A DNA stretch of 64,000 nt from Ignavibacteriota bacterium (GTDB lineage Bacteria > Bacteroidota > Ignavibacteria > Palsa-1295): contig CAWBEI010000006.1 of NCBI GenBank assembly GCA_963787835.1, positions 64,001-128,000 on the forward strand. Reading direction: 5' to 3'. The position numbers were made by a program, and so were the translations under genes. The notes under the pieces are model-generated. The model ran no database searches. It saw only the letters and a list, made by a program, of their open reading frames with translations, and was not told the DNA's origin. Positions 18,678 to 29,438 of the stretch are shown here, in pieces (within the stretch, counting starts at the first letter, position 1; every line of letters starts with the position of its first letter).

Positions 18678-19784
18678 TCATTCGAGCACTACACGCTGAA
18701 CTTCATGAACGGCTTCATCATTGCTTCCTGTACCGGTCACAACGATAAAGTATGTCCCTGCGAGAGCGGTCCCGTTAGCCCCTGAACGATCCCACAACCA
18801 GTCTCCGGTGATAGGAGTAGCCTTTACTGTTCTTCCAAGCACATCAGTAATTGTGAGGTCCGCGTGTGTGATGTTTTCGGTATGGATCGTTACTGAGCCA
18901 TAAGATGGATTGGGATAAATGGATAAATATGTCGAATTTGCAGGTTGAATTTGGACAGCATCATTTGGTAGCAAAAGTCCTTGAACAGAAAGGGGAAGAA
19001 TCGGCTGATCAGGAGATGTAATAAAATCAGTATAAAATCCGGGCCTTTTTGCCGTAAAGGAAAGATTAAGTGTGAAAGAACCTCCTGACGGAAGCGTATC
19101 GGGAAATGAAATGGAACTCGACACAATATGAAAAGCAGTGTCATTCTGGAGTCCGAGAGACTGAATAGGAAGGCTTTTGCCGAAATTGTTTTGGAACTGA
19201 ATTTGAAGCGTTTCATTCGATGTATCACTTTTGAACGCGATGATGTTGTGCGAAGTGTGTTTGAGGGGCAGAATGGAATTATTGCCGGTAGAGCCAACGA
19301 CTTCAGCAAGAACTTCAAATGTGGTTTGACAGGAGTCGGAATCCGCTGTGTTGGGTTCGAACACAACTGGAAGAGAATCGGTACGCAGTGACGAATCGGA
19401 GAAAATGAATGTCGTGACATAACCTGAATCTCCAGGGGCAAGCCTAATCCCTGAAGAAATTGTCCATGAAAATTCCTGGGTTTTCGCTGATATAATCCTG
19501 AAGACGGAATCTCCCTTGTTATCGGAATTCATGAGATATAATGAATCCTGAATTGTCCCTCCGGAAAGAACAGCACCAAGATCAATCGTGCCTCTGCCGC
19601 CGCAAGAAAGGGTGTTACTCGTTTGCGCCACAGCGCTCATAGCAGGGAGAATTACCACTCCAGCCACACAGGCAAAAATAAAGCGGTTTATGGAAGAACT
19701 AAATCGGACTATGGACATTCGTTTCAGAAGCGATAGTAACATTGCTCTTACAAAAATACGCCGAATAATGATACTCTTTGGCAT
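18678..19784 (-). CDS. Secreted Ig-like protein with T9SS type-A C-terminal domain (start uncertain)
   Basis: Signal peptide AVA-Q; C-terminal IYPNPS...ITDVLGR...AGTYFIVV. Confidence 0.8.
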   Translation of the reverse strand: MPKSIIIRRIFVRAMLLSLLKRMSIVRFSSSINRFIFACVAGVVILPAMSAVAQTSNTLSCGGRGTIDLGAVLSGGTIQDSLYLMNSDNKGDSVFRIISAKTQEFSWTISSGIRLAPGDSGYVTTFIFSDSSLRTDSLPVVFEPNTADSDSCQTTFEVLAEVVGSTGNNSILPLKHTSHNIIAFKSDTSNETLQIQFQNNFGKSLPIQSLGLQNDTAFHIVSSSISFPDTLPSGGSFTLNLSFTAKRPGFYTDFITSPDQPILPLSVQGLLLPNDAVQIQPANSTYLSIYPNPSYGSVTIHTENITHADLTITDVLGRTVKATPITGDWLWDRSGANGTALAGTYFIVVTGTGSNDEAVHEVQRVVLE

Positions 19785-21478
19785 TATTCGATTTTCCCCA
19801 ACCCGGTGAGGTAAGTAACAAGATTCTCATCCGATGAAACATGTAGCTTTTTCCGAATGCCTTGCCGATGGTTTTCAATCGTTCGCGTGGATAGGCAAAG
19901 CAGATTGGCCATCGTCTTTGTTGGCAAATTAAGGCGAGTAAGCACTGCAATCTTCAATTCTGCCGGAGTAATCGATGGGTTACGAGAAGATAACTCACGC
20001 AAAAACCCGCTGTGAACCTGATTGAATTGATTTTCAAATGTTTCCCAGTCACGGTCGCTCTTGATATGATCGTCAATGCGACGACCAATCGCTTTGGCCT
20101 TCTTTGAGGATTTAATAGCCGGTTCAATCTCTTCTTTCAAATTGCAAAGGAACTCGTTCTTTTCCACGAGTTGCAAGGCAAGGGTAGTAAGTTCTTTCGA
20201 TTGACGCTCGGTTTCGTTGCGAAGTAATTCTGCCCGATCATTTGCATCCTTTGCAATACTTTCCATTCGTGCGCGTTCGCGGTCGGCTTTATCTATTTCG
20301 ACTCGTGCTTGCACCTCAACAATGGCACGTTGACGTTCCTGACTATTTACTATGGCGTTCAGCACAATAAATCGATTGTAATACTGCACTGCGTGTTTCA
20401 GTTTTCCATCGGCCTGATACGCTTGCGCCAGAAATCCGAGCGAGTCACATTCCAGCTTCTGCATTCCTGCTTCGGAGGACATATTGAGTGATTCTCGCAA
20501 TGCCTCGATCGCGTCCGATGGCTGCTTCAAAGCGAGGTGGGTTTTTCCAAGCCCAATTAAACTTGCGCACAAAACCGTTTTAAGATCGATAGACCTTGAA
20601 ATCTCAATTGCTTTCCTATAGCACTTCAGAGCTTCGCTCGGATGACCCTCTTCGAGCTTAAGATTTCCAAGGCTTTCTAAAATATATCCTTCGGCGTCGC
20701 GACGGTTAACAGATTCTGCAAGATTAAGGGCCTCGGATAAGAGAGATTTCGCTGTTTCTATCTCTCCTCGTTTATATGCAATGATCCCTCGATTATGAAT
20801 AGCATTAAAGAGGCCGTATCCGTCGCCGACTTCCCTCTTAAGGACAGTGCTCCGGTCAAAAAACATATCTGCTTTATCGAGGTCTTGGACTTCAAGATAA
20901 ATGCGACCGATATTTGTAAATAGGATAGATCGGCTTAAAATATCATTATTTGCATCAAGAATGGAGAGTGCATCATAAAGATATTTGAGCGCGCGTGGAT
21001 AATCGGCCAGCTCGATAGCGGCATTACCCATTGCACACAAAATGCTAACCTCCGAGCTACGAGCATATTGTTTGCAAAGTGCGAGTGCCTTTTCGTAATG
21101 CTCGAAAGCATCTCGGAACTTACCTTGTTGAGCGTATACCAACCCAAGAGAGAAAATCGGACCTTCAAGCAGCGGGTTTTGAAATTGATGCGCCTTATCT
21201 AATTCAACGGCTTTTTTGAATGAGGTTTCCGCATCACCGTATTGCGCTTGTTGAAATGCTGTTGCGCCAATATTATAATGTGCCCTTGCAATCCCCTCCG
21301 CATTTTTCAACGTTGTCGCAAGTTTCAACGCCTCTCGCGCCCATTTTTCGGCTTGCTTGGGGTTCTGGCGGTAGAAATCTTTGCTGTAAAGAAGCAACAA
21401 GCGAAGGCGCTCGGCGGATGATTTGGCATCCGCCGGGGCATTCGCGAGTTCCTGCTTTGCTTGTTCGAGATCGAGCAT
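19784..21478 (-). CDS. TPR-repeat protein with C-terminal LuxR-like HTH
   Basis: Multiple TPRs, coiled coil, then WETFENQF...ITPAELKIAVL...STRTIENHRQGIRKKL. Confidence 0.88.
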   Translation of the reverse strand: MLDLEQAKQELANAPADAKSSAERLRLLLLYSKDFYRQNPKQAEKWAREALKLATTLKNAEGIARAHYNIGATAFQQAQYGDAETSFKKAVELDKAHQFQNPLLEGPIFSLGLVYAQQGKFRDAFEHYEKALALCKQYARSSEVSILCAMGNAAIELADYPRALKYLYDALSILDANNDILSRSILFTNIGRIYLEVQDLDKADMFFDRSTVLKREVGDGYGLFNAIHNRGIIAYKRGEIETAKSLLSEALNLAESVNRRDAEGYILESLGNLKLEEGHPSEALKCYRKAIEISRSIDLKTVLCASLIGLGKTHLALKQPSDAIEALRESLNMSSEAGMQKLECDSLGFLAQAYQADGKLKHAVQYYNRFIVLNAIVNSQERQRAIVEVQARVEIDKADRERARMESIAKDANDRAELLRNETERQSKELTTLALQLVEKNEFLCNLKEEIEPAIKSSKKAKAIGRRIDDHIKSDRDWETFENQFNQVHSGFLRELSSRNPSITPAELKIAVLTRLNLPTKTMANLLCLSTRTIENHRQGIRKKLHVSSDENLVTYLTGLGKIE

Positions 21479-21685
21479 GCTGAATGGGCAAGTGGTTAAC
21501 GCTCTTTGATAACATCAAAACACGAGAGGCAGCCCTGGAATTATAATTACGAGCGCCAGCTTGCCAGCTTCATGCATTAAAACTGACAGAAGCCTTATTT
21601 GTTACCAGCCTTGACTACTCAATTTATACTTAGACGACAGAATTGCCCTATGTCAAAAAAGCGATAAAAGCGCGTCAAAACAGCC

Positions 21686-23343
21686 TCAAACCTGAATTAC
21701 TCCAACATTGAATTTCGGGATTTCCGGAACGTGGTTAGCCATCGAAATTCCGGTAGAAACGATCTCTCGGGTCTGTCGTGGATCGATAATGCCGTCAGTC
21801 CACAGCCGCGCGGCGGCATAAAGCGGGCCAGTTTGCTCATCATAGATCTTTTGAATATCTGCGTGCATTTGTTTCTGCACTTCGTCCGAGATGGTCCCAC
21901 CGGATTTTTTCATACTCGCCAGCTTGATCGAAAGCAGCGTCTTCGATGCTTGTGCACCACCCATAACGGAAATTTGCGATGTCGGCCATGAGAAGATCAT
22001 TCTCGGATCGTAAGCCTTGCCGCACATGGCATAATTCCCGGCACCATTTGAATTACCGACAATGAACGTGAACTTTGGAACTACGGAGTTAGCAACGGCG
22101 CTAACCATTTTTGCACCATCTTTGATAATACCACCATGCTCCGAGCGTGTGCCGACCATGAAGCCTGTAACATCCTGAAGAAACACGAGCGGGATATGCT
22201 TCTGATTGCAATTCATGATAAAACGCGCTGCTTTATCGGCAGAGTCGGAGTAGATCACTCCTCCGACCTGCATCTCGCCTTTGGCATTCTTAACAACCGC
22301 TCGCTGGTTTGCCACGATACCAACGGACCATCCGTCTATTCTTGCGTAGGCAGTGATGATCGTCTTGCCATATTCGGCTTTGTACTCGTCGATCTCGGAA
22401 CCATCTATAAGTCGCGCAATGACCTCGTACATATCATACGGCTTTGCTCTATCCTGAGGAACGAGTGCAAGAAGATCATCGGAGGGGAATAGGGGTAACC
22501 TTGCTTCGATGCGATCGAAGTGGTTATGTTCCTGGTTCCCAAGTTTGCTCATGAGGCTGCGAATCTCGGCAAGACATGCATCGTCATCCGGCATTTTGTA
22601 ATCCGTGACGCCGGAAATTTCGGAATGTACGCGCGCTCCTCCCAACGATTCGTTATCTGTCCGCTCGCCAATGGCTGCCTCTACTAATGCACTGCCCGCG
22701 AGGAAAACATGTCCTGTTCCTTCAACGATGAGCGCCTCGTCGGACATGATCGGCAGATACGCGCCACCGGCCACGCATGGCCCCATGATCGCCGCAAGTT
22801 GTACGATCCCTTGTGAAGACATGACGGCGTTGTTTCGGAATATCCTGCCGAAATGCTCCTTGTCGGGAAATATCTCATCCTGCATTGGAAGATAGACTCC
22901 GGCGCTATCGACGAGATAAATGATGGGTAAGTGATTCTCGATCGAAATTTCCTGCGCCCGCAAATTCTTCTTGCACGTCATCGGAAACCACGCGCCCGCT
23001 TTGACAGTGGCATCGTTAGCGACAATAACCGCAAATCTTCCGCTTACTCGACCGATCCCAACTACCACCCCCGCCGATGGCGCGCCCCCTTCATCGGCGT
23101 ACATTCCATGAGCCGTGAAAAGGCCGATCTCCAGCAATTCCGAACCCGGGTCTATTAGCTTTGCAATGCGCTCACGAGCGGTTAGCTTACCTTTTTCGTG
23201 CTGCTTTTCTATATTTTTTACCCGCCGCCAAGCTGAACTTCATCGCCGAGGGCAGAGAACTTTCGCAGGGCATTATTCGTCCAATCTAACAGCGTTTGGT
23301 AGGGCAGGGCAGTTGCATCGAGCGGAGTACCGATTGTTTTCAT
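21686..23343 (-). pseudogene. Acyl-CoA carboxylase carboxyltransferase subunit (methylcrotonyl-CoA carboxylase beta-like) with a 1-nt deletion near 23221 (may be an assembly error)
   Basis: Adding one G joins MKTIG...QLGGG to VKNIEKQHEKGKLTARERIAKLIDPG. ANDATVKAG, VDSAG, LQDVTGFMVG and GAGNYAMCG motifs. Confidence 0.88.
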
Positions 23344-23438
23344 TGATACAAATTTACGGACAAACCATGACCCACACTCGTATAATAAAATTCAGAACGC
23401 GCCGAAGCGGGTTCTAAACAGCGTAAACTATATTCTCA

Positions 23439-23837
23439 TTATCCACCCCAGTCATCCTTGACCGTTTTGTTCTTCTTGATGGCTTTTTTATCCTTACGAA
23501 TATTCTTTCGGACTGCTTTGAGTTTTTGCTCGTCTTTAGTGGCAAGTGTTTCGGCTTCTTTCGCTGCTTTTACATGGCCAGTCTTAAGATCGGAGTTCGC
23601 AGCATTAATGTTTGCGTTCCGGTTCTCTTTAAGAGCGTGCGCCCTGCGTCTGGCGGCGCGAAGAGCCGCACGTTCCTCTTTGGTGGTCTTGCCCGAATCA
23701 GCCACGAATGCAATGGAGCTCGCATGTGCCACAATGTTCCCACAAATTTGCGCGCCGCACAGGAACAGTGCAAAAATGAGCAAACGTCCTACCGTTCGAA
23801 AAATAGTTATAATGTTTTGATTTGATTTATGTTCCAT
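23439..23837 (-). CDS. Hypothetical exported Lys/Ala-rich basic protein
   Basis: Signal peptide AHA-S followed by a low-complexity helical K/A/R-rich body. Confidence 0.6.
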   Translation of the reverse strand: MEHKSNQNIITIFRTVGRLLIFALFLCGAQICGNIVAHASSIAFVADSGKTTKEERAALRAARRRAHALKENRNANINAANSDLKTGHVKAAKEAETLATKDEQKLKAVRKNIRKDKKAIKKNKTVKDDWGG

Positions 23838-24238
23838 AGTCTTGTCCTATTAAGCGAAGTTGCATGCAAAGTATATTATTCTCTAAAAAGTTTTGCTTTC
23901 ATGAAAGTAGACGTATGAATAACCGCTCGGTTTAATTTGGAGATTTAGCCATTATACCTGCTACGACGTCGGATTCTGAAATATATTTCCGTCTCCAAAA
24001 AGGTATTCAAAGGGAAAGGAATGATGAATTCCTTCTAATAATTTTCGGTAGGATGTTGTAAAACGCCGATTGCGGCGTTATATCAATGCGGTTGGAATTG
24101 CAAATATAGATTCGCTCCAGAAATAGGAAACTCTCAGGTAATTTTGCTGTTTTGGGACTTCCGATGAAGTAGGTCTGTTCGAAGCACGCTATTCCACTCG
24201 GTTTGATCGGATTTCATAACCTTATCCTTTGTACTAAA

Positions 24239-26830
24239 TTGAAGAACACCCACAAAATTTTTGGTTTACTTTGGCTCTGCACTTTGCTCACGACTCTGGC
24301 AATGTCAACCATACTTGCAGGTTTTGCCAAAGCGCAAAGCACGACAACATTACCAGCCTGGAGAGAAGACCACGAGGATGAAGCCGCGAAATGGCTCGCG
24401 CATTTCATCAACCCGATGGATGAAGCCAATTACGATAGCCTGCGACTGATCGGTTACGATCAGCTTATGCGTATGAATAATCATCCGGCGATGATGGCCT
24501 TATCAAGCTCCTCCTGGCTACCGAGTGCCATCTCTCAGGAGGGAAATGTGAGCGGGCGCGGTGCGTGCATCGCATTCACTCCAACCGGAACGATCTACTA
24601 TGCCCCAACCAAAGGTGGTTTGTGGAAATCAACAGATGATGGTGCCGATTGGACTTCATTAAGCGGGACGTGGAAAACGCTTGACCTTGCCGGGGTTGCT
24701 GTGGATCCGAAAAACCTCAATATTATTTATGCCGGCACAGGTACTCCTGCTGGAGGCGTTGGCGGAGGTGGCGATGAAACAGGTATTGGCATCTATAAAT
24801 CTGAGGACGCGGGACTTAATTGGACACTTCTTCCTAAAAGTCCTCAGAGTGTAACTACTCAAATGGAAGTAAATCCTGCTGGCTCGAATCTTGTTTATTA
24901 TGCCTCTTCTGGCGGGGTTAGCCTATCTGACGATAGTGGCGTAACCTGGCAAACGGTTCTCTCTCTCGGCGGGTACTCGAGCATCGTATTCGATCCTAAT
25001 AATCCAGCAATTGTTTATGCTGCTGGTGGGGGAGATATCGAGCAATCGCTTGACTCAGGCCATACGTGGGCTAGCCTTCCATCTGGATTTCCCACCGGTT
25101 ACTGGATGGTTTTGGGCATGTCGCGTTCTTCGGATACAATTTATTTAAGCACCGGTGATGACAACGGCACGCTTGCACTATCGACGGACGCTGGGAACAC
25201 TTGGACTACAAAATCAAGCACGGTTGATTATCTTGGACAACAGTCGTTTTATGCTAACGCGATGGCAGTCAATCCGACGAATCCAGCATACGTCGTCGTT
25301 GGAGGCCTTGATATTTATGCGTCAAGCACTGCAGGTTCCAGTTTACATCAGAAAACGGTTTGGTACGATGGATCGAGTGCTACCGATTTTTCCCATGCTG
25401 ACATTCACGTACTAAAATATGATCCATATAATGGCAGGCTGTATGCTTTGACTGATGGAGGAATCTTCTATAGTGCAAACAACGGTGGAACGTGGATACA
25501 GCGAATGAATGCAGGTCTAAATACGCTTTCTTTTATCGGTGGAGATATGGCAGTAAATGCTTCGGGAGGCCCTGATTTCTTCTGTGCCGGTGCTCAGGAT
25601 AATGGATTGAATGCCATTACATTCGGTACCGATCCGAACAACTATACTGAGGTTCAGGGTGGTGACGGAGGAACTATGTTCGTGTCGCCGACCGATGGGC
25701 AGACCACTTTCGGCACTTATACGAATGCCGTCCTCTATCGCTCCGAAGACCGAGGCGCAAACTGGGATGCACCTACCGATCCAGCAGATCCAGCAGCTGG
25801 AGAAAATATTCTAGGTTCAGGAATCGTGAGTGAGGGAGCTCCCTTTTACATGACCTACGATGTGTGGGATGGGGGACCAGGAGTCGTTGCATGCTGCGGC
25901 GTAACAAATTTATATTTAGAGACCAACGGAAATATTGGCCAGTCAGCGTTTCCGCGATCAACAAACGCCATTGACCCAACAACGAACAAAGTCATTCCAT
26001 CGACCGCAGTTAGCGGCAGCGTCGTGGCTGTGAACATTGCATCCTCCGATGACGACTATATTTATATTGGAACTACTGCTAATCTCTTCTATTACAGTAC
26101 CGATGTGGGACAGTCCTGGACGAAAAGCTTGACTTCGACTGGAGCCGCGATGAAATTTACCGGCACCCCCACAGGCATCACTACTGATCCCAACGATGCC
26201 ACGCACGTCTTTATGACGGTCGCAGGGACGAGTTCAAAACATTTCTATTATTCAACAGATAACGGGCAGACCTGGAAGGCTCCTGCAACCAACCTTCCTT
26301 CACTCAATTATCATTGCGTAGCGATCGATGGTAATGGTATTCTGTACATCAGCAATGATTATAGTGTGCTCCGTTCTGGTGATACAGGGAAGACATGGTA
26401 CCCCGTTGCCGACGGGATGCCACTCGCCTTAGTAACTTCTCTTCAAGTTCGTGGTAAATATCTCGATGCGGCAACGTATGGCAGGGGAATGTACTACGTC
26501 GATCTGACACAACTTGCGCCATTGGGTTCCAGCTCAGTCGCAGCAAGTGCAGCGTCTAATTCCGGGATCGCGATTACGGCAGTGTACCCAAGCGTGGTTA
26601 CAACGTCAGCGCCGCGCTCGAACGTTGATTATTCTCTTTCCGGCAACGAGCAGGCAACTCTTGCTATCTTTGATGTTCTGGGTCGTCAGGAACGTATGCT
26701 GATGAATCAGTTCACTTCCCAAGGTGCTCACGAGCTTGCTGCGGATCTTTCGGGTCTGGCCACAGGTCAGCATTATCTTGTACTGACCGCTGGTGGAAAT
26801 TCGGTGACGAAGCCGATCATCATCCAGTAG
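24239..26830 (+). CDS. BNR/Asp-box (sortilin/Vps10-like) beta-propeller protein with T9SS C-terminal domain (start uncertain)
   Basis: Repeated SxDxGxxW boxes, HADIH, GAQDNG, GGDGG and ATYGRG motifs; C-terminal IFDVLGR...GQHYLVL. Confidence 0.88.
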   Translation: MKNTHKIFGLLWLCTLLTTLAMSTILAGFAKAQSTTTLPAWREDHEDEAAKWLAHFINPMDEANYDSLRLIGYDQLMRMNNHPAMMALSSSSWLPSAISQEGNVSGRGACIAFTPTGTIYYAPTKGGLWKSTDDGADWTSLSGTWKTLDLAGVAVDPKNLNIIYAGTGTPAGGVGGGGDETGIGIYKSEDAGLNWTLLPKSPQSVTTQMEVNPAGSNLVYYASSGGVSLSDDSGVTWQTVLSLGGYSSIVFDPNNPAIVYAAGGGDIEQSLDSGHTWASLPSGFPTGYWMVLGMSRSSDTIYLSTGDDNGTLALSTDAGNTWTTKSSTVDYLGQQSFYANAMAVNPTNPAYVVVGGLDIYASSTAGSSLHQKTVWYDGSSATDFSHADIHVLKYDPYNGRLYALTDGGIFYSANNGGTWIQRMNAGLNTLSFIGGDMAVNASGGPDFFCAGAQDNGLNAITFGTDPNNYTEVQGGDGGTMFVSPTDGQTTFGTYTNAVLYRSEDRGANWDAPTDPADPAAGENILGSGIVSEGAPFYMTYDVWDGGPGVVACCGVTNLYLETNGNIGQSAFPRSTNAIDPTTNKVIPSTAVSGSVVAVNIASSDDDYIYIGTTANLFYYSTDVGQSWTKSLTSTGAAMKFTGTPTGITTDPNDATHVFMTVAGTSSKHFYYSTDNGQTWKAPATNLPSLNYHCVAIDGNGILYISNDYSVLRSGDTGKTWYPVADGMPLALVTSLQVRGKYLDAATYGRGMYYVDLTQLAPLGSSSVAASAASNSGIAITAVYPSVVTTSAPRSNVDYSLSGNEQATLAIFDVLGRQERMLMNQFTSQGAHELAADLSGLATGQHYLVLTAGGNSVTKPIIIQ

Positions 26831-26865
26831 GAATTATTTGGAAGTCAGGCGAACTATTATTATCT

Positions 26866-27303
26866 ATGAGTTCGCCTGACAAACATATTCCGTTCTCAAG
26901 CCTCTTTGAGGCTATCGGGCGGGGCGGCGTAGAGGCACGCCAGCGTTTGATGGCGTTAGTCCATCATCGCCCAAAGATCGTTCTTCCGTATGCACGCGAG
27001 GTCGCGGCATTACTGGACTCCTCACGCACTCCAGTTCGCGAGGCTTCGATCGAAATACTTGCAATGTTATCGAGAGTATCGCCCACTGCGATGGCATTCC
27101 TCATCCCTCGTCTTCACGATCTGCTTGCAAACGAGCCCCAGAACACCGTTGCCAATCATGCCATCGAGATATTACATAACTACGCTCGAACCAGCAAGGA
27201 GGCTGCTCAGAAAGTGATCCCAATACTGAAATCCTCCATCATGAGCTTAAAACCGAAAACAAAGGCGCATGTTCCACAGGTGATCGAGGAGCTATCAAAG
27301 TAA
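26866..27303 (+). CDS. Small HEAT/ARM-repeat-like helical protein
   Basis: LLDSSRTPVREASIEIL and LIPRLHDLL HEAT-like patterns. Confidence 0.65.
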   Translation: MSSPDKHIPFSSLFEAIGRGGVEARQRLMALVHHRPKIVLPYAREVAALLDSSRTPVREASIEILAMLSRVSPTAMAFLIPRLHDLLANEPQNTVANHAIEILHNYARTSKEAAQKVIPILKSSIMSLKPKTKAHVPQVIEELSK

Positions 27304-27310
27304 ATTATAG

Positions 27311-27574
27311 TCATTTTTTTGATTCATGATGCAGAAAGGCATCGAGTTCCCTCCGCGCGAACGCTTCGATCTCTACGATCGTGTGAGAGTCCGAAGGCGT
27401 GGTGAACATAAAGCGTGTCCGGCCACCGATCGCAAAATCTGCATCGATCTGTAATATACTGCGAATGGATGCTTCAAGATGATCGCGCCAGGCGCGTAGC
27501 ATGTCATCAGAGATGGGTAGGGATGCGCCATGTTTTCGAAGCCAGTCCGGGCCGAGAAATCCTGTAAGTGTCAT
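27311..27574 (-). CDS. Hypothetical protein
   Basis: 87-aa ORF filling the gap, globular composition, no recognised motif. Confidence 0.5.
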   Translation of the reverse strand: MTLTGFLGPDWLRKHGASLPISDDMLRAWRDHLEASIRSILQIDADFAIGGRTRFMFTTPSDSHTIVEIEAFARRELDAFLHHESKK

Positions 27575-27779
27575 AATTGCATTAGCAAAACTAATTTTAA
27601 TGATAACAACTTGCTGAAACAAAACGAGCAGCTATTTAGGTGTTTTGTGTTCAACAGCAAATTTATAACATTGATATGCTCTCTCCGAACCATTCTACCT
27701 CACCGAGAATTAGTTTGAATCTTTCGAATACAGTTCTGCCTTGATAGTGGGGATGATCCTTACACGCATTTCTTAACGC

Positions 27780-29336
27780 TTGAAAACATTGTATTCCGTT
27801 TCAACAAAATTAATTTTAGCAATAGCACTGGGACTCATCGTGCTCCAGTCGCTCGACTATGTCAATTTTACTGTGGATGATGTGTTCATTCCCATCCGAT
27901 ATGCAATGAATGCTGCTCATGGTTCCGGGTTGGTTTATAATGTTAACGATGCTGTAGAGGGATATTCAGACCCGCTCTGGGTTTTCGCACTTTCAGGAAT
28001 TGCCAAGTTATCTTCGGGTTGTACAAACTCTGGAACGATCTTACTGTGGTCGGCAAAAACGATGAGTTTCTTATTCGGAATGCTCACACTCGTTACCCAG
28101 TATCGTTTTACAAAACGAATATTCGAAGGATCGCCGCGTAGATCATTGTATGCTGTTTTTTCACTGCTCGCATTGGCGATATGTGCACCGTTCATTGCGT
28201 GGAGTGTAGGTGGGCTTGAAACGACACTTGTTGCCTTCCTCTATCTTTTGCTTGCTTTCATCGTTTTTGAAATCTTTAGAGCGACAAACGGTCAAAGGGT
28301 CATCCCACGCAAGCATTTTATATCGATACTTATAGTATTACTTTTGGCTACGATCACACGCCCGGAGCCAGCAATGCTTTGCGTCATGGTGCTTTCTTTT
28401 CTATTGATTACATTACCACGACTTGAGCGAAAGCCCCTTATTATATGGACAATAGTGCCATATCTTGCCGGGCTATTTCTTTTCTTGACATGGCGATGGA
28501 CAACATATCACGAACTGTTGCCGAATACATTTTATGCTAAGACTGGCGGTGGGATCTCCGGCTATATCAATGGCGTAAAGTATGTATGTGCTTCCATCGC
28601 ACTGTTGGCTGCACCGTTTCTAATTATGTTCCCCTTTGCATTCTCTGAGAAACGGTCGAAAGACCCGTTCATGCTCTTTTTGACGTTAATGATCGGATTT
28701 GAATGTTTCTTTGCGATTTTTGCAAAAGGGGATTGGATGCCCGGAGCACGTTTTTTGATACCTGTTGCGCCGCTTCTTGTACTGATCGGCATTACAGGCC
28801 TTGCGAATGTTTTGAATAAACTCTCAGAAACATCCGCCCCCCTTTTATCGACAAAGGTCGTTGTTGGGACTGCACTATTTGTCGGAATTCTTTTTGCCAT
28901 GGCAGGCAGAACAACCTTGCGAGGAGAATCATCGGGAATGCTTCCTGGATTTGTCTCGCTGAAGGGGCATTCTTTACTCTCACATGAACAAGTCGGAACC
29001 TGGCTTGCATCGCATGTGCAACAGAACTCAACCGTAGCGCTCAGTGAAGCAGGGCTTGTTGGTGTGATGATACCGAACACCCATATCCTCGACCTTAATG
29101 GACTTATGGATTCTCACATTGCTCGGGCACGACATAACAATACTGCGTTCAATGTTCACTATGTTCTCGACCACAAACCTGATTTTATTGTTCTGCACAA
29201 CGATCCGACGTCACCTATTTTAGAATCACTGGCTACAGATCCCCGTGCGGCTCTCGGGAAGGATAGTCTCTTTCAGGTAACGTATTCCTTAGTTGAACAA
29301 TATCCTCAATTCGAAATATACGCTCGAAAACAGTAA
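27780..29336 (+). CDS. GT-C-like polytopic membrane glycosyltransferase
   Basis: DDVFIPIRYA.N...G.GLVYN...VEGYS.PLW, GLET, TRPE, PNTFYAK, GDWM..RF and DLNGLMD motifs; about 12 TM helices. Confidence 0.78.
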   Translation: MKTLYSVSTKLILAIALGLIVLQSLDYVNFTVDDVFIPIRYAMNAAHGSGLVYNVNDAVEGYSDPLWVFALSGIAKLSSGCTNSGTILLWSAKTMSFLFGMLTLVTQYRFTKRIFEGSPRRSLYAVFSLLALAICAPFIAWSVGGLETTLVAFLYLLLAFIVFEIFRATNGQRVIPRKHFISILIVLLLATITRPEPAMLCVMVLSFLLITLPRLERKPLIIWTIVPYLAGLFLFLTWRWTTYHELLPNTFYAKTGGGISGYINGVKYVCASIALLAAPFLIMFPFAFSEKRSKDPFMLFLTLMIGFECFFAIFAKGDWMPGARFLIPVAPLLVLIGITGLANVLNKLSETSAPLLSTKVVVGTALFVGILFAMAGRTTLRGESSGMLPGFVSLKGHSLLSHEQVGTWLASHVQQNSTVALSEAGLVGVMIPNTHILDLNGLMDSHIARARHNNTAFNVHYVLDHKPDFIVLHNDPTSPILESLATDPRAALGKDSLFQVTYSLVEQYPQFEIYARKQ

Positions 29337-29438
29337 AAGTTATTTTCAGACTGTTGTTCCGAGAACTAATACTTCCGCTTGCACTCCATGAACAGAGATT
29401 AAGAATCTCTTTTGGAACAGGCTTGTTGAATTATCGAA

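Noticed and set aside
24062-24079. Palindrome AACGCCG-ATTG-CGGCGTT between divergent genes
   Set aside because: A single 7-bp stem with no second copy; cannot be told from chance.
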